Assembly: GCA_027923505.1 (NCBI GenBank)
Contig: BROI01000014.1
Span: 434,001 to 498,000 of the forward strand
Length of the DNA: 64,000 bases
Direction: 5' to 3'
From: Mayamaea pseudoterrestris
Lineage: Eukaryota
Shown: one piece after another, positions 36,615 to 48,650 of the stretch
Numbering within the stretch: position 1 is the stretch's first letter
Layout: each line of letters opens with the position of its first letter
Program-made: the position numbers and the translations under genes
Notes under the pieces: generated by a model
Databases searched by the model: none
What the model saw: only the letters and a program-made list of their open reading frames with translations
What the model was told of the DNA's origin: nothing

Positions 36615-38134
36615 ATGCTCTTTAACATGCTCACTCGATCTTGGCAAAGAAGTCGCTTTATGAAACGAGCAACATCTGGAGGTGTTTTCCGTCAGGTTCG
36701 GTTCGTTTCGACTGTACATCACGTTGACAACACCATTATTTCGAAACACGTCAAGGCAAGCTGCTTCAAGTCTACGCAAGCCAAGATGATGCATAGTGAC
36801 TCGGATGTAGCGTACGGTGAGAATCCACGAACCTCAGTGCTGATGGAACTTAAAGACCGCGTCGGGGTGCTTCATGACATTTTGCGATTCTTTTGGAAGT
36901 ACGACGTGAACGTCTGCCGCATCGAGTCGCGTCCATCGAAAGGACGAGGAAGTGACAAGCGATTCGACTTTTTTGTTGACTTTGAGGGATCGCTGGATGA
37001 TGATCATGTCAGGTACGCATGAGTGGCATTTAGTAAGACGTGTCAATCTAACAAGTCTCATTCAATGTTTCAATTCCTATGTACAGCAAACTCATGGCCG
37101 CTTTGAACCAAGAATGTACAAAGTTGCTTGTCCTGGACGAGAAGAATGTCCATTGGTTTCCTCGCCACATTTCCGAGCTTGATCTAGTCGCGAATCGAAC
37201 ATTGGACGCTGGAACGGATCTGGAAAGCGACCATCCAGGCTTTCACGACTTGGAGTATCGCCAGCGTCGTGCCATGCTGACCGAGAGTGCCTTACAACAT
37301 ACGTATGACGCGCCAATTCCCCGAATCGATTATACTTCGGACGAAATTCTTGTTTGGTCAGCCGTTTGGGACAAGTTGGATGGCTTGTGGAGCAAGTATG
37401 CATGCAAGGAATACTTGCATTCACTGGAACTCATGCGAGAAAACTGCGGTTACGATCGCACTAACATTCCTCAGCAGCAAGATATTTCCGAATTCCTGAT
37501 GGACCGGACAGGCTTTCGCATGCGACCCGTTGCTGGACTGCTTTCATCGCGAGACTTTTTGAATGGGTTGGCCTTTCGAGTATTTTTCTCGACGCAATAC
37601 ATTCGGCATCACTCCAAGCCGCTCTACACTCCAGAACCTGATATTTGTCATGAGTTGCTTGGACATGCACCCATGTTTCTTGATCGCGACTTTGCAGACT
37701 TTTCACAAGAGATCGGACTTGCATCGCTCGGTGCATCGGATGAGGACGTTGCTAAACTTGCTCACTGCTATTGGCACTCTGTCGAATTCGGCCTATGCAA
37801 GGAAGGAAACGAGCACAAGGCATATGGAGCTGGGTTGCTATCATCCTTTGGTGAGCTTGCGTATGCCTGCTCGCCCGAGCATCCCGGCGCGGACAAGCCG
37901 CCCGCTATCAAGCCATGGGATCCAGAGGTGGCGTCGACACAGCAATTTCCAATCACAACGTACCAACCAGTGTATTTTATAGCCGAATCGATGCAGGACG
38001 CCAAACTAAAGATGCGGACATTTTGCGAAAACTTGCCTCGGCCGTTTTTTGCGATGCACAATACCCACAGCGATACAATTCAAATTGATCGACCAGTCCG
38101 TCGCACCAAGGGTGTTCCAGGCGAAGACGTTTGA
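36615..38134 (+). CDS. PAH: Phenylalanine-4-hydroxylase (ACT + catalytic domain); exons 36615-37012, 37087-38134
   Basis: ACT motif [54 protein letters not shown]. Confidence 0.93.
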
Positions 38135-38202
38135 CCAAAAGAAGATATATTGCGAATCAACAACTCTAGAAAAATCCTATGTTATCAGTCGAGTTTGACT
38201 CA

Positions 38203-39312
38203 CTATCCAAATAGCTCATCGAAAAAGTCGCCTCTGGTACTGGTCTTTTTAACCTTCTTTCCTTGCCGCGCTTCACTGTCAGTATTGCCACTCTTTCCAT
38301 CTTTTACCTTGCTCTTTCGTTTCTTATCCTTCTTCTTGCGAGCAACTTTTTGTACCAGCTCGTGGTTTCCATCCATTTCATGTCGACTTTGCGACTGGTC
38401 TTTACTTCCATTAGACCGAAGAGTGTCTGTTGACGTTGCTAAAACATCATCATCGAGTGCAAGTTGCTCCCCAAGGTCATCGTCGGGTGTGCTGCTGCCA
38501 GATAGGACAGCAGAGTTGAGCTCAACGACTGTAGTTTCGGTCTCATCCACAGCAACTGGCCCCTCTTCCGTCATTATTGCCACTAAAGAACTTTGTTCCG
38601 TATTAAGTACGTCCCCTTTTGTCAACCCAGGTAAATCGCTGCCCAACTGCATCAAGGATCGATTTAACATTGCCTCCTTGGACGGAGTTTCTTCTGCAAA
38701 CGTCGCTGACATGGCATGAAACACTGCCAGCGATTCTTGAAGCTGCTGCGGCGTCCATAGTAATTCCTTGTTGCAAACACTGATATAGTTGGATTGAAGC
38801 GTCGGCATGGACTGCAGCGTTTGAATTGCCAGTCGGAGTGACAGGGTGCGAATGCGAGCAGCGGCCGCCACCGCCACAGAGTTGAACGGCAGAAAGAACC
38901 CCCGCGCAATCTCGGCAAAGATTGCCTTGGCGGAATATTCGAGACGAGAGATGATTTCAGGAATGTGTTTGAATGTTTGCAATCCGATTGTTTGCAGTCG
39001 ATTTCGAACGTCAACATGTTGTGCATCGGCTCGTTTGGCATCCTCCCCTGACAAAGCAATCTCCCAGAAGACTTGTTCTCGCTTCCTCCTCTTTTGCTCT
39101 GCTAGCTTCAACTCGACTAGCTCCGCTTCAAGGGTCTGAACGTTGCTATAGAGTTCCAGCAGCGCGTAACGTCGAATGCATCGATGCGCCATGGAGAGGC
39201 GTTGGAAGTACTTAGTGCGTCCATGGCTGCATCGATTTCGCTCCAGCAGTGCCGTTACCAAGTCAACTTCCAGCTCGAAGCAGTCTTGATGATTTTTAGA
39301 GTAGGAGGTCAT
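38203..39312 (-). CDS. NEPRO/Rmp1-like nucleolar protein (tentative)
   Basis: RNRCSHGRTKYFQRL, ARGFFLPF...AARI, Lys-rich tail ending DFFDELFG. Confidence 0.6.
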   Translation of the reverse strand: MTSYSKNHQDCFELEVDLVTALLERNRCSHGRTKYFQRLSMAHRCIRRYALLELYSNVQTLEAELVELKLAEQKRRKREQVFWEIALSGEDAKRADAQHVDVRNRLQTIGLQTFKHIPEIISRLEYSAKAIFAEIARGFFLPFNSVAVAAAARIRTLSLRLAIQTLQSMPTLQSNYISVCNKELLWTPQQLQESLAVFHAMSATFAEETPSKEAMLNRSLMQLGSDLPGLTKGDVLNTEQSSLVAIMTEEGPVAVDETETTVVELNSAVLSGSSTPDDDLGEQLALDDDVLATSTDTLRSNGSKDQSQSRHEMDGNHELVQKVARKKKDKKRKSKVKDGKSGNTDSEARQGKKVKKTSTRGDFFDELFG

Positions 39313-39545
39313 GGTAATGGAAAAAGAGTTGGCTTGTGGATCCGTAGAAAGGTGATGGCGCGGCGCGCGTCGACTTTTGAAACCAGTGCGACGTTCGTCA
39401 CGCTTGTCACGCCGCGATGTTGGCTCGATCGTCGTCAGAGCATGAAGACGACTATGATCCATGGATGTATCTAATCACAGCTCCAGTCTCTTTCGTCGCA
39501 GTAAACTCCTTTATTGTCTTCATAGATTTGCCGAGAATCTCAAGT

Positions 39546-40955
39546 ATGAGTACCATCAATTCAGGATGCACCTTTGCCATTCTTACAGACTGCGTTGACA
39601 AGACCAATGACAATGAGAACGACGACGAACGCTTGATGCTACCCTTGTCCAAAGACGAGGAAGAATGGTCCAAGACGTTGCTACAGTCACCATTGCTTTG
39701 CGACCTTGACTTTGCTTCCGATTCTCCGGCAATGATGCATGACGCAGCCGCAGCACCATCCATTTTCAGCTACTCGAACCGCCAGCTGACTCCCTGCGGA
39801 TTGAACTCTGTCTTTGTCGTTCAGCAGCTGTCCGCCAAACAAGCCTTGATCGACGTTTCCAACTGTCGCTTGCAAGTCAGCGATGAACTGCTACTGCCAA
39901 TGTCAATCAAACAGACGACTCTGCAGTGGAAGACTGGAACGGGCCATGTGCGCGTCGACATTGACGTGTCGAATGCCAAGAAAGATTACTTGACAATGCT
40001 GGAGGAGGCGCAACTCGAAGCTATTCGAATCGAACAAGCGTTTACAAGCATGAACGATCTGAAAGGAGAAGAAGGAGCGCATCGCCAGCAGGATTCATGT
40101 ATCGTTGGCAACGTTAGTCCAAACGAAGCAGTGACCATGATGCATCCGCATCATGCATTCGACAGTACCGACGCCTTGCACAGACTCAAGCTCATGGTAC
40201 AGGATGAAGTGGACGACATGCATCACCTACTCGTTGCTACGGGAATCACTGCCATTGCTCTTGTGCTTGTCTTCATCTGGACGGTTTGGCAGATCCACAA
40301 GCCCAAAAAGATCAAGCAGGCGGTTCCATCAGTTTCAACTAAAGAATCGTTCCGCCAGCCGCAGCAGCAAGCCATGCTACCGATAACTCCTTACCATACT
40401 CCAGCACGCCATCAAGCGGCCATGGTGTTAGCCAGCGTGTCTCCTGTCTCGCCGGAGGGCAGCAGCAGCAACATTCCTGACCTCGATTCTTCAACGTCGA
40501 CCCTATCGCCATGCAGCAAGCTGCAGCTGCAACTGGCCGAGCGCCGACGCATGCGCCACAAAGAGAATAGCAATAACAGCAGCCACTGCATCAATAACTC
40601 CAAGAAGCGAACTATTCCGGTGGCGGCGCGACGCAAGAATCCGTTTGCGGCGGCAACGAACGGGCAAGTCGTCGTGGTGACGCCTCCGCGCACGCAACTG
40701 CAGGCAATGCCGACGACGCCTCCACTTGTGCACGACGCGACGAAAAGTAGAGACAAGGAAAGCGATCACACATGTACTTCTCTACAGGAATCCAGTACAT
40801 TGCCATTGTTGGATTGCCGCGACGAGCAAACGATCAAGACGGATCATGGAGCTATGTCAAAAACAAAGGACACCGACGGGGCGCGAGATGAAACTGAGGA
40901 CGACAACAAAAAAGAGGCGGCTGAAAGCTTTGTTCAAGACTACTGGGGCTTTTGA
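39546..40955 (+). CDS. Hypothetical single-pass membrane protein (ORF open from 39417)
   Basis: Long ORF with TM segment LLVATGITAIALVLVFIWTVW and a low-complexity C-terminus. Confidence 0.65.
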   Translation: MSTINSGCTFAILTDCVDKTNDNENDDERLMLPLSKDEEEWSKTLLQSPLLCDLDFASDSPAMMHDAAAAPSIFSYSNRQLTPCGLNSVFVVQQLSAKQALIDVSNCRLQVSDELLLPMSIKQTTLQWKTGTGHVRVDIDVSNAKKDYLTMLEEAQLEAIRIEQAFTSMNDLKGEEGAHRQQDSCIVGNVSPNEAVTMMHPHHAFDSTDALHRLKLMVQDEVDDMHHLLVATGITAIALVLVFIWTVWQIHKPKKIKQAVPSVSTKESFRQPQQQAMLPITPYHTPARHQAAMVLASVSPVSPEGSSSNIPDLDSSTSTLSPCSKLQLQLAERRRMRHKENSNNSSHCINNSKKRTIPVAARRKNPFAAATNGQVVVVTPPRTQLQAMPTTPPLVHDATKSRDKESDHTCTSLQESSTLPLLDCRDEQTIKTDHGAMSKTKDTDGARDETEDDNKKEAAESFVQDYWGF

Positions 40956-41127
40956 AAAGGAGCACTATGGTCATATAGAACGTCTCTCTTTGTTTTAAAG
41001 CTTTACATAACATATATTTTGCAAACGACTTTACTGCAACGAGCCGCCATTTCCTTGCAGTTTATTCGGAATAAAGACTGCGATAGGACATACATTGTCA
41101 ATATCATTCGTCGATACTGAAGTAAAC

Positions 41128-41690
41128 TTATCCCAAGGTAATGGAGCAATGACCGCCTGGAGGCGCCAAGACTCGACTCGTCGGTCGTCCCGTCATGACA
41201 TTGGCACCGTTCGAGCGGGCGCCAGACGCAAAGGCATTGGCCGAAACAGGCTGAGCTAATGCAGCAGGCTTGGCTTTTTCATTTTGTACCAAAACTTCTG
41301 TCGAAGAAACTGCTGGCATGGTTGGTAAAGGTGCTGCGAGAGTTGTTGTTTGCGCTTCCTCCTTTTGCAATGGTTCGGCTACAACCTTGGCGACTGGTAC
41401 TTCTGGCTGCTGAACAACTACTGGAGCTTCTGGAATACAAAAAAGGATTGAGACGTTGCGGAAGAAAACAGTGGATAGCATACTTGCAAATTCTACAAGT
41501 GTCAAGCTTTGGCGACTCCTGCAGCTGATGCAATGGACGATATTCATCACTCACCTGCAGCTTCGACTGGTTTCTTCGACGGCGGCGGCGCCACTCCAAA
41601 GGTAATGGAGCAGACACCTCCGGGAGGCGCCAAGACGCGAGAGGACGACCGGCCGCGGCTTTGAACGTGGAGGTTTTGGTTGTCGTTCAT
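41128..41690 (-). CDS. HN1/Jupiter/SPIRAL1-like small protein; exons 41690-41555, 41429-41128
   Basis: Two SRVLAPPGG.CSIT(F/L)G repeats. GT-AG intron keeps the frame. Confidence 0.75.
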
Positions 41691-42298
41691 GGTGACTTGG
41701 TGCAATGGAAGATTGCAAGGAGACCGTTGCTTGACGCGCGCGCTAGATTTGACTTTGAGCGCGCACGTGCCGACTCCCACTCGTCTACTCTGTGGCGCAG
41801 AGTGACAAACCAGCATCTTACTCCTTGGCGCTCGATCGCCTGACTTCGTGACGACGGAGCTCAATCGCGGTTCGCCGCCGCCGCCGCCAAGCAGTTTTTC
41901 CATTCAACCAAAAAAGTGTCGGTTGCATCATGGTGAGTTTGGAAGTGTTAGAGATGATTGAGAGTGTTCATACAGTATAGAGATGGTGTATGAGAGTATG
42001 GGCTGCGTATATGGGAGCTTGGAGAAGTTGAGCAGAGTGTTAAGTATCTAAAATCGACCTTGAAGCGACACGTCGTGTCGTACGTGTCGCTGCTATATGT
42101 GAGGCGAAGCAGCAGCAAGACGTCGCGCTTTTGGCGTACAGTCTTTCACTTTGAGCTCATGAGCTGACAGTGGAAGCATGGGTGCAGAAACGCAAGGAAT
42201 AGTACAGTCTTCTAGATTTTCAAGTTGAAGCTTTTTTTGTCACCCATATTGATCGCCAGTGTCTCACGTTTTTGTCCGTACTTTTCCATCTCGTTTAG

Positions 42299-45200
42299 AT
42301 GCGCGAACTGAAGGTGGAGGATGCCCTCCTCTATCTCGACCAGGTCAAGGTTGAGTTTGGAGACCAGCCACACATATACAATGCATTTTTGGACATTATG
42401 AAGACGTTCAAGACGCAGCAGATTGACACGCCAGGAGTCATTCGTCGCGTGTCGGATCTTTTCCAAGGAAACCCACGCCTCGTGCTTGGCTTCAACACTT
42501 TTTTGCCGGAAGGCTACAAGATTGAGTTGCCGGACGGAGATGGTCCGGCCATTGCCGTCTACCGCGCGCCTGGATCCAACGTGACGCACGTTTTGACGGA
42601 AGGAGTGCCGCACCATCCAGCGCCGCCTCTACCTCAACAGCAGCAGCAACTTGCTCCGCCCATGGCAGCGTCGCAACTGCAGAGACCTCAGCCAGCGAGA
42701 CAGTATTCGTCTGTCATGTTGCCGCAGTCCCATGCGCGACCCAATTTGCCGCCGATGCAGCAGCAGCCGCCCATGGATCATCAGCAAGCCGCGCAGCAAA
42801 AGATTGCAGCCATTGCACAGCCTCCTCCTCCGCCTGCTGCTGCTGGACCACCGCCAGCAGCTGCACATGATGTTTCTGGCGGCTCACCACCTGCAGCGGC
42901 GGCGTCAACGCGTAACTATGAGGAGCAGCAGCAACAGCAACAGCAACAAGGTTCGCCGCAGCAAGGTCCGCTCGAGTTTGACCACGCCATTTCCTACGTG
43001 ACGACGATCAAGAAGCGATTTGCACATGAACCATATACGTACAAAAAGTTTCTCGAGATTCTACACACGTATCAAAAGGAGCAACGAGGTATCAAGGAGG
43101 TTTTGGACGAGGTGTCGGCCCTCTTTGCGGATCATCCAGACTTGTTGAAGGAATTCACCTACTTTTTGCCGGATACGGTGCAGGCGCAAGCCAAGACGCA
43201 GCTTGACGCGGCCGCCAAGGAAGCGGAGGAGCGAAAGCGATTGCGGCAAGCCAAAGCGTCTCGCGCGGGTCCGTCGCCAGTGCAGGCGCAGCAGCACTTT
43301 CGCGAGGATGCCATGATGCGCGATGCAAATCAGCCGCGGTCCTCTCCTCCCGAGTATGATCGAACCGCGCCACCGCCGCAACCATTTACGCAGCATGGAC
43401 GTACTCCGGAGCAGGAGCATGAAATTATTAGGAGCGCTCGGTATGGAATTGTTTCGTTTGCACCGATCAAACCACCTCGAAAGAATGAACTGGCGCCAGC
43501 GCAAGCTGTCATGAAGAAGGGTCGACCAGCGACAATTCCAGAGCAACCTTACGTTCCAAATACGTTGGAACTTGCCTTTTTTCAGCGCGCCAAGGCTCAC
43601 TTCCAGCGCCGTGAGTTGCAACCGGAGAAACCATCCAGCAACAAGCGCCACACGCCCTTTACGGAATTTCTCAAATGCCTTCACTTATTTGGCGCTGGTA
43701 TTTTGAGCAAAGAAGAACTACTTCCACTACTAAAGAGTCTTTTGATGCATGGACATGCACCCAAGACGACTGCGGCGAACGTTTCGCCCGCGATTGTACG
43801 AGAAGGCAATGAGCTCCTGCGCGACTTTGAGGAGCTTTTGCGTGGTCGAGGACCGTTTGCAGGGCAGGAGACATATATGAAGGATAAGTCAAAGTATGGC
43901 GGCTTGAGGACCCGCGATTTTGATCTAGATAGTTGCGAGCATCCAACTCCGTCTTACTGGACATATCCCAGCGACTATCCGCAGAATTTGTTTCTTTCGA
44001 ACACGGCACAGTCCGACGAAGATCGCTCTGTTTTAAACAACGCAGTCTTTATCTTCGGTCAGAAAGTGGACGACAACAAGTCTATCAACAGTTCGCTGGC
44101 GTCTTACGACGCGAGTCGAGCGCGACGCAACGCCTATGAAGAGACCTTGTTTCGCATTGAGGACGAGCGATTTGAGGTGGATATGGCGATTGAACGTAAC
44201 TTTCAGGCAATGCGACAGATCGAGCCACTGGCGGAGGAAGTGCAGGCTCTACGAGAGCAGGAAGAAAAGGATCGACAGCCAATTGGGCGTCTGCAATACC
44301 AGTTAAATCGGCATGCTTTGAATACAATTCACATTAATGCGGTTGGCCGCCTATATGGCGACAAGGGCGACGAAGTACTTCAACATCTTGCAGAAAATCC
44401 GTACATTGTTCTTCCGATTGTTTTCCAGCGGTTGAAGCAAAAGGACGCGGAATGGAGGAGTATCAAGAACGAACTGCAGGCTGGCTGGGCCGCGCTTCAA
44501 GCTGCCAATTATGAAGGATCATTGGATCTGCTCTGCGGGGCCAACAGAAGAGAATTAGAGCGTCGCTTTTCAACTGCCATGCTTGAAGACGAGTGTAAAC
44601 GAGCTCGAACCTATTGCAGATATCCCGAGCGAGTCAAGCATAGCTCGATAACAGATCCATTTTATCCGACGTTTGCCATGAGCTGCTCGGACCCCGGCGC
44701 ATTGCTCTATCAGCCATACTCTATCGTCTCTTGTGCTATAGACGCGACACACAAGGACGCAATGCGATTGATCATGGATTTTGTGGGTTTGAATCACAAA
44801 ATAAAGGCGTTTGATCGGGAGCGTATTGGCCGAATCTGGGCCGAATTTATGGTACCTTGGTTTGGATATCCAGTCCAATGGGTGGCGGAAGAAGTTCGCA
44901 AGAGTTTTGGCGGCAAAATGAGTCCAGGTATTGTGAAATGTAAGTTCATTGTTATAATTTCGAGTCAGTTTGTTCGTTTGCAATGGCTGACATTATTGCT
45001 TGGCACGTCAAACAGTCGTCGCAGGCCAACGCGTCATGACCATATTCGGTGAAGGATTCATCCTTACTTTCCAGGATTCTCAAGGCGGCGTTAATGGTCC
45101 GAAATATCGAGTCAAACTTCCTTTTGCGACTGCATACCTGTCGCCAAGCGCCATTCTCTTTGCAATTGCCGTGAAAGATCAGCCGTATGTTCGACGTGAT

Positions 45201-45926
45201 GGAGTAATGGCTCGAGAGGAGTCATTTTTGAACCGAAGTCCTACTTCAGCGAGTCAGAAGCTTGACCCGCGATACAAGCTTCTTTTTGGAACCGACAATA
45301 TTTATTTGTTTATCCGCCAGTATACTCTGGTCTGCTCCGTTTTGGCCAGCACCCGGCTACATCAGGAAAGCCTCAACGACCCACCAATAAAGTACAGCAA
45401 CAGCGTGCGAAAGACTTCGACGCCCGATATTACACCAACGAAAGTAGATTACGCGACGGTGTTTTCCGCTTTGAGAAAGGTTCTTTTGAAGAAGATGGAC
45501 TCTAGAGATTTTGAGTCCCTGGCGCGACGACTCACAAAGACTCACGTACACGAGTTTGCCGCGCTTCCAAAACTGATTGAACGATGTGCTGAAACTCTCA
45601 TTTTGACAGCCAAGGAAGACTGCCTCTTACATCTTTATGACTATTGCAAATATAGTCAGGCGGATCCAGTTGTCGTACGAACTCGGTGTTTTGCGGTTGC
45701 GTCGGAAGCGGCGTACAGGATCCAATACGACTTAAAGGCAAAGGCGCTGTATTTTAACTACCTGCCCAAGTCGGTTGATCTGTTGTCCGTTCCTCGCCAC
45801 GATGATGACCGGATAGAGGATTATGATGGCCAAGACTCGGCTGACATTCCAATGGAGGTTGATGATCCAATCCAAGATGCTGACGACTCTGAAGATCGAC
45901 CAAACAAGCGATTGCGAGTGGACTAG
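42299..45926 (+). CDS. SIN3: Sin3 co-repressor; exons 42299-44939, 45016-45926
   Basis: PAH1 LKVEDALLYLDQVK...GFNTFLP, PAH2 EFDHAISYVTTIK...FTYFLP, HID region TPSY...NAYEETLFRIEDERFEVDM, RLKQKDAEW. Confidence 0.93.
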
Positions 45927-45992
45927 ATTGCTTTGGAATTGGTTTGCCAAATACATTATCAGTATAACTAAAATTTAAGTAATACACGCTTC

Positions 45993-46755
45993 TCATGCCC
46001 ATTCAACTCTCAAACCCGCCATCATAAAGTGCCGTTGTAAGCGTTGCGCAATCTCCAACTTGACAGAACTGAGACTAGCACTCGAGCCTTCCATCTTTAG
46101 CCATATTGTAGGTTGCAACCCATCAACGCCTTCAATGCGATCAGTGAAAATAGTTCCTCCTGCCACTTGCAAAAATGGTCGAACACCTTCCAGTATAACT
46201 TCCACTTGTTCCTCATTGAGAGGAGGACCTTCCGGCATGCTTTGCACAACCTCCTGGATTTCCGGAATCTTCTCCTTCAAGCCACGCTCCAAACCCATCT
46301 TCATGGTTTGCGTAGAGGACGGACATGTTCCGCATGCACCCTGTAATGCGATTGTTGCGAAATGTAAGCGTGCATGTGATAAATGGTTTGCTCACGTTTG
46401 CACTACAACGTACCTGCAGCTCCAGCCTGACAACCGGTCCATCAATCTCCTTGATTGCCACATTTCCTCCATCCTGAATCAAGAATGGTCGCATTTCATC
46501 CAACACCTTTTCAACATTGTCCCATGTCAGCTCTAATGGACCTTCGGAGGAACCTGTTCCTGATGAACCGCCGTTGCCCGACTCGTCAAACGGCGAAACG
46601 ATCACTGCGTCTTGGTCAGTGCTGCTACTGCTACTAGTAATTACAGTAAGAGTATGCAATCGCCTTGCTGGTAGCGGCGTAATAAAGCATGCTGCCGACG
46701 AAATACATAGGGCGACTGCTGTTAGCAGCAAGGTTTGCTGTGATTGAACCCTCAT
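45993..46755 (-). CDS. NFU: Plastid NifU-like (NFU) Fe-S carrier; exons 46755-46414, 46340-45993
   Basis: [11 protein letters not shown]...[11 protein letters not shown], a second degenerate NifU domain, and a signal peptide ending AAC-F. Confidence 0.9.
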
Positions 46756-46982
46756 GGTGACGAATGAATGGAACGATGGTGGAAACGGAGAGAGAACATT
46801 GAGTAACGCTGCGACTATCGGCTTTCGTCATGTCTCACACAGTTAGTTAGCTACGGAGTATATCTGAGCGAGCTATTTATGCTTGCATCGAATAGAATGC
46901 TATGCATAGCAAGCCAACGATCTTCACGTTGTAAAAAGTGACCGGAGTACGAGTATATGAAACAGTGTCTACTGTACATCGA

Positions 46983-48284
46983 TTACTCCTTGTGCCGCTT
47001 GCCGTTTCGTTGCATTGCACTTGGATCTGGATTCGTTTCACCCGCCTTGTGTTCACTATAGTCGTGAACTTCATTCTTATGCACCATGGTGTAAAAGATG
47101 CGGAGAAACATGCCGAACCATGTGACATGCAGTAGAATCAAAAATGCCAAGAGGCTGTAGAAAAAGTGTCGATAGCAAATGTAAATCAGCGGCGACAAGC
47201 CTTGATCAATGACATGATGACTCTCCGTCAATGCAGCTCGAAAGACGATAAACGGTAGTGCATATAATCGCGTCGCAATCCAAACAAGAACCATCATGAC
47301 AAAGCAACCAATCGTCGTCTTTTTATACTTGACAAAGTTGGCCAGCTTGGAGCAATCCACTGGAATGTCGGATAAATCGTGCACCAAAAACACCATGCTG
47401 CCAATGCGCGTCAGTCGACAAAAGCTGGACCCCATGACGAGTAGATTGGTGACAACGTGGTGGACAAACATTTCCTGGAAATCGCCACGCACGGTGGGAC
47501 TCCATTCGATTGAAAATGGCAGTAAGCTCCACTGTTTTGGCTTTTGCTGCTGCTTTTGCTTCCACTTGAAAACAAAGGATATTTCCAGCAGGCTCACCAA
47601 GGCATCCAAATTATATGCCGACTGCAGCAAGTAGTACCACGCCATGCGTGGCTCAATGGCGTGGTACGGAAACCCTTGAAACAAGCTTCGCGTTCCCGAT
47701 TGCAACCACCACTTTTTTTTGGAAAACGCCCAAACACCGTAGCAACTAATCAGCGAGTGATATAATAGTCGAAACACATATTCTCCAAACTTGTGAATGC
47801 GAATTGGATTGTCACGTATCCAGTCCGTGCCATGCGTTTGCTTGGCAGCCCTGACGCCAATGTTTCGAAAGAGCGGCAGCAAAATGCGTTTGACAAGTCG
47901 CAGCAAGAGTATGAGTATCAGCAAGACGAGGCAAGAGGTTGGAGTGGTCAAGTCGCCGAGGGCAGTCGATGATGTTTCAAAGCAGTACTTGTAGAGTGAA
48001 GAAAATAGTGAAGACTGGTCGGAGGAAACTGCTGCAGCTGCATTCGACGCTTGCTGCATGTTTCGAAAGTCATCAAACTCTAGTAACTTTGGAAGTGACT
48101 TTGGCAATGACGGTACTCGTTGCATGATCCAATCATGTTCGTCATTGGAAGAGAAGAAGGTGCTTCTCCAGTCGAATGGAACGAAAACGTCCAACACGGA
48201 AGTCATCCACAGCACTGGAGCTGGTGGGTATTGAGTCCAATCAAAGTCTTCATTCAAAGAAACATTTCGATATGACTCTACCAT
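46983..48284 (-). CDS. Ceramide synthase (LAG1/TLC domain)
   Basis: KFGEY, YYLLQSAY and Lag1 motif RGDFQEMFVHH...GSMVFLVHDLSDI. Confidence 0.9.
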   Translation of the reverse strand: MVESYRNVSLNEDFDWTQYPPAPVLWMTSVLDVFVPFDWRSTFFSSNDEHDWIMQRVPSLPKSLPKLLEFDDFRNMQQASNAAAAVSSDQSSLFSSLYKYCFETSSTALGDLTTPTSCLVLLILILLLRLVKRILLPLFRNIGVRAAKQTHGTDWIRDNPIRIHKFGEYVFRLLYHSLISCYGVWAFSKKKWWLQSGTRSLFQGFPYHAIEPRMAWYYLLQSAYNLDALVSLLEISFVFKWKQKQQQKPKQWSLLPFSIEWSPTVRGDFQEMFVHHVVTNLLVMGSSFCRLTRIGSMVFLVHDLSDIPVDCSKLANFVKYKKTTIGCFVMMVLVWIATRLYALPFIVFRAALTESHHVIDQGLSPLIYICYRHFFYSLLAFLILLHVTWFGMFLRIFYTMVHKNEVHDYSEHKAGETNPDPSAMQRNGKRHKE

Positions 48285-48650
48285 GCTGCAAGATTTGTCG
48301 TGCAAGTTAGAAGAGGCGAGGACAAGCGAAATTGAGTGGGTTGAGCAATTCATCGGATCGATCGCTTCGATCGGCCGTCCGTCATTTTTTTGGTCGTGCG
48401 TCACGCGCGACGGTGATTGCGGTGCGACAGTTAGCAAACGCTTGCGAGCAGGAAGACGTTTTCACCTCGGCAGATCGACCATGGGACATTCTTTGAGGTG
48501 CGAGACGATCATAAAACAGAAACAGCTCTAGAAGCTATCGCCGGATCAATACATGCACCCTATTGCAACTAATATACAGAATACATATGGTACAAGACTC
48601 GTCACGCTAACTAAGCAGTCAGCGATCTTGATTGGTTAAATACGTTTGAC

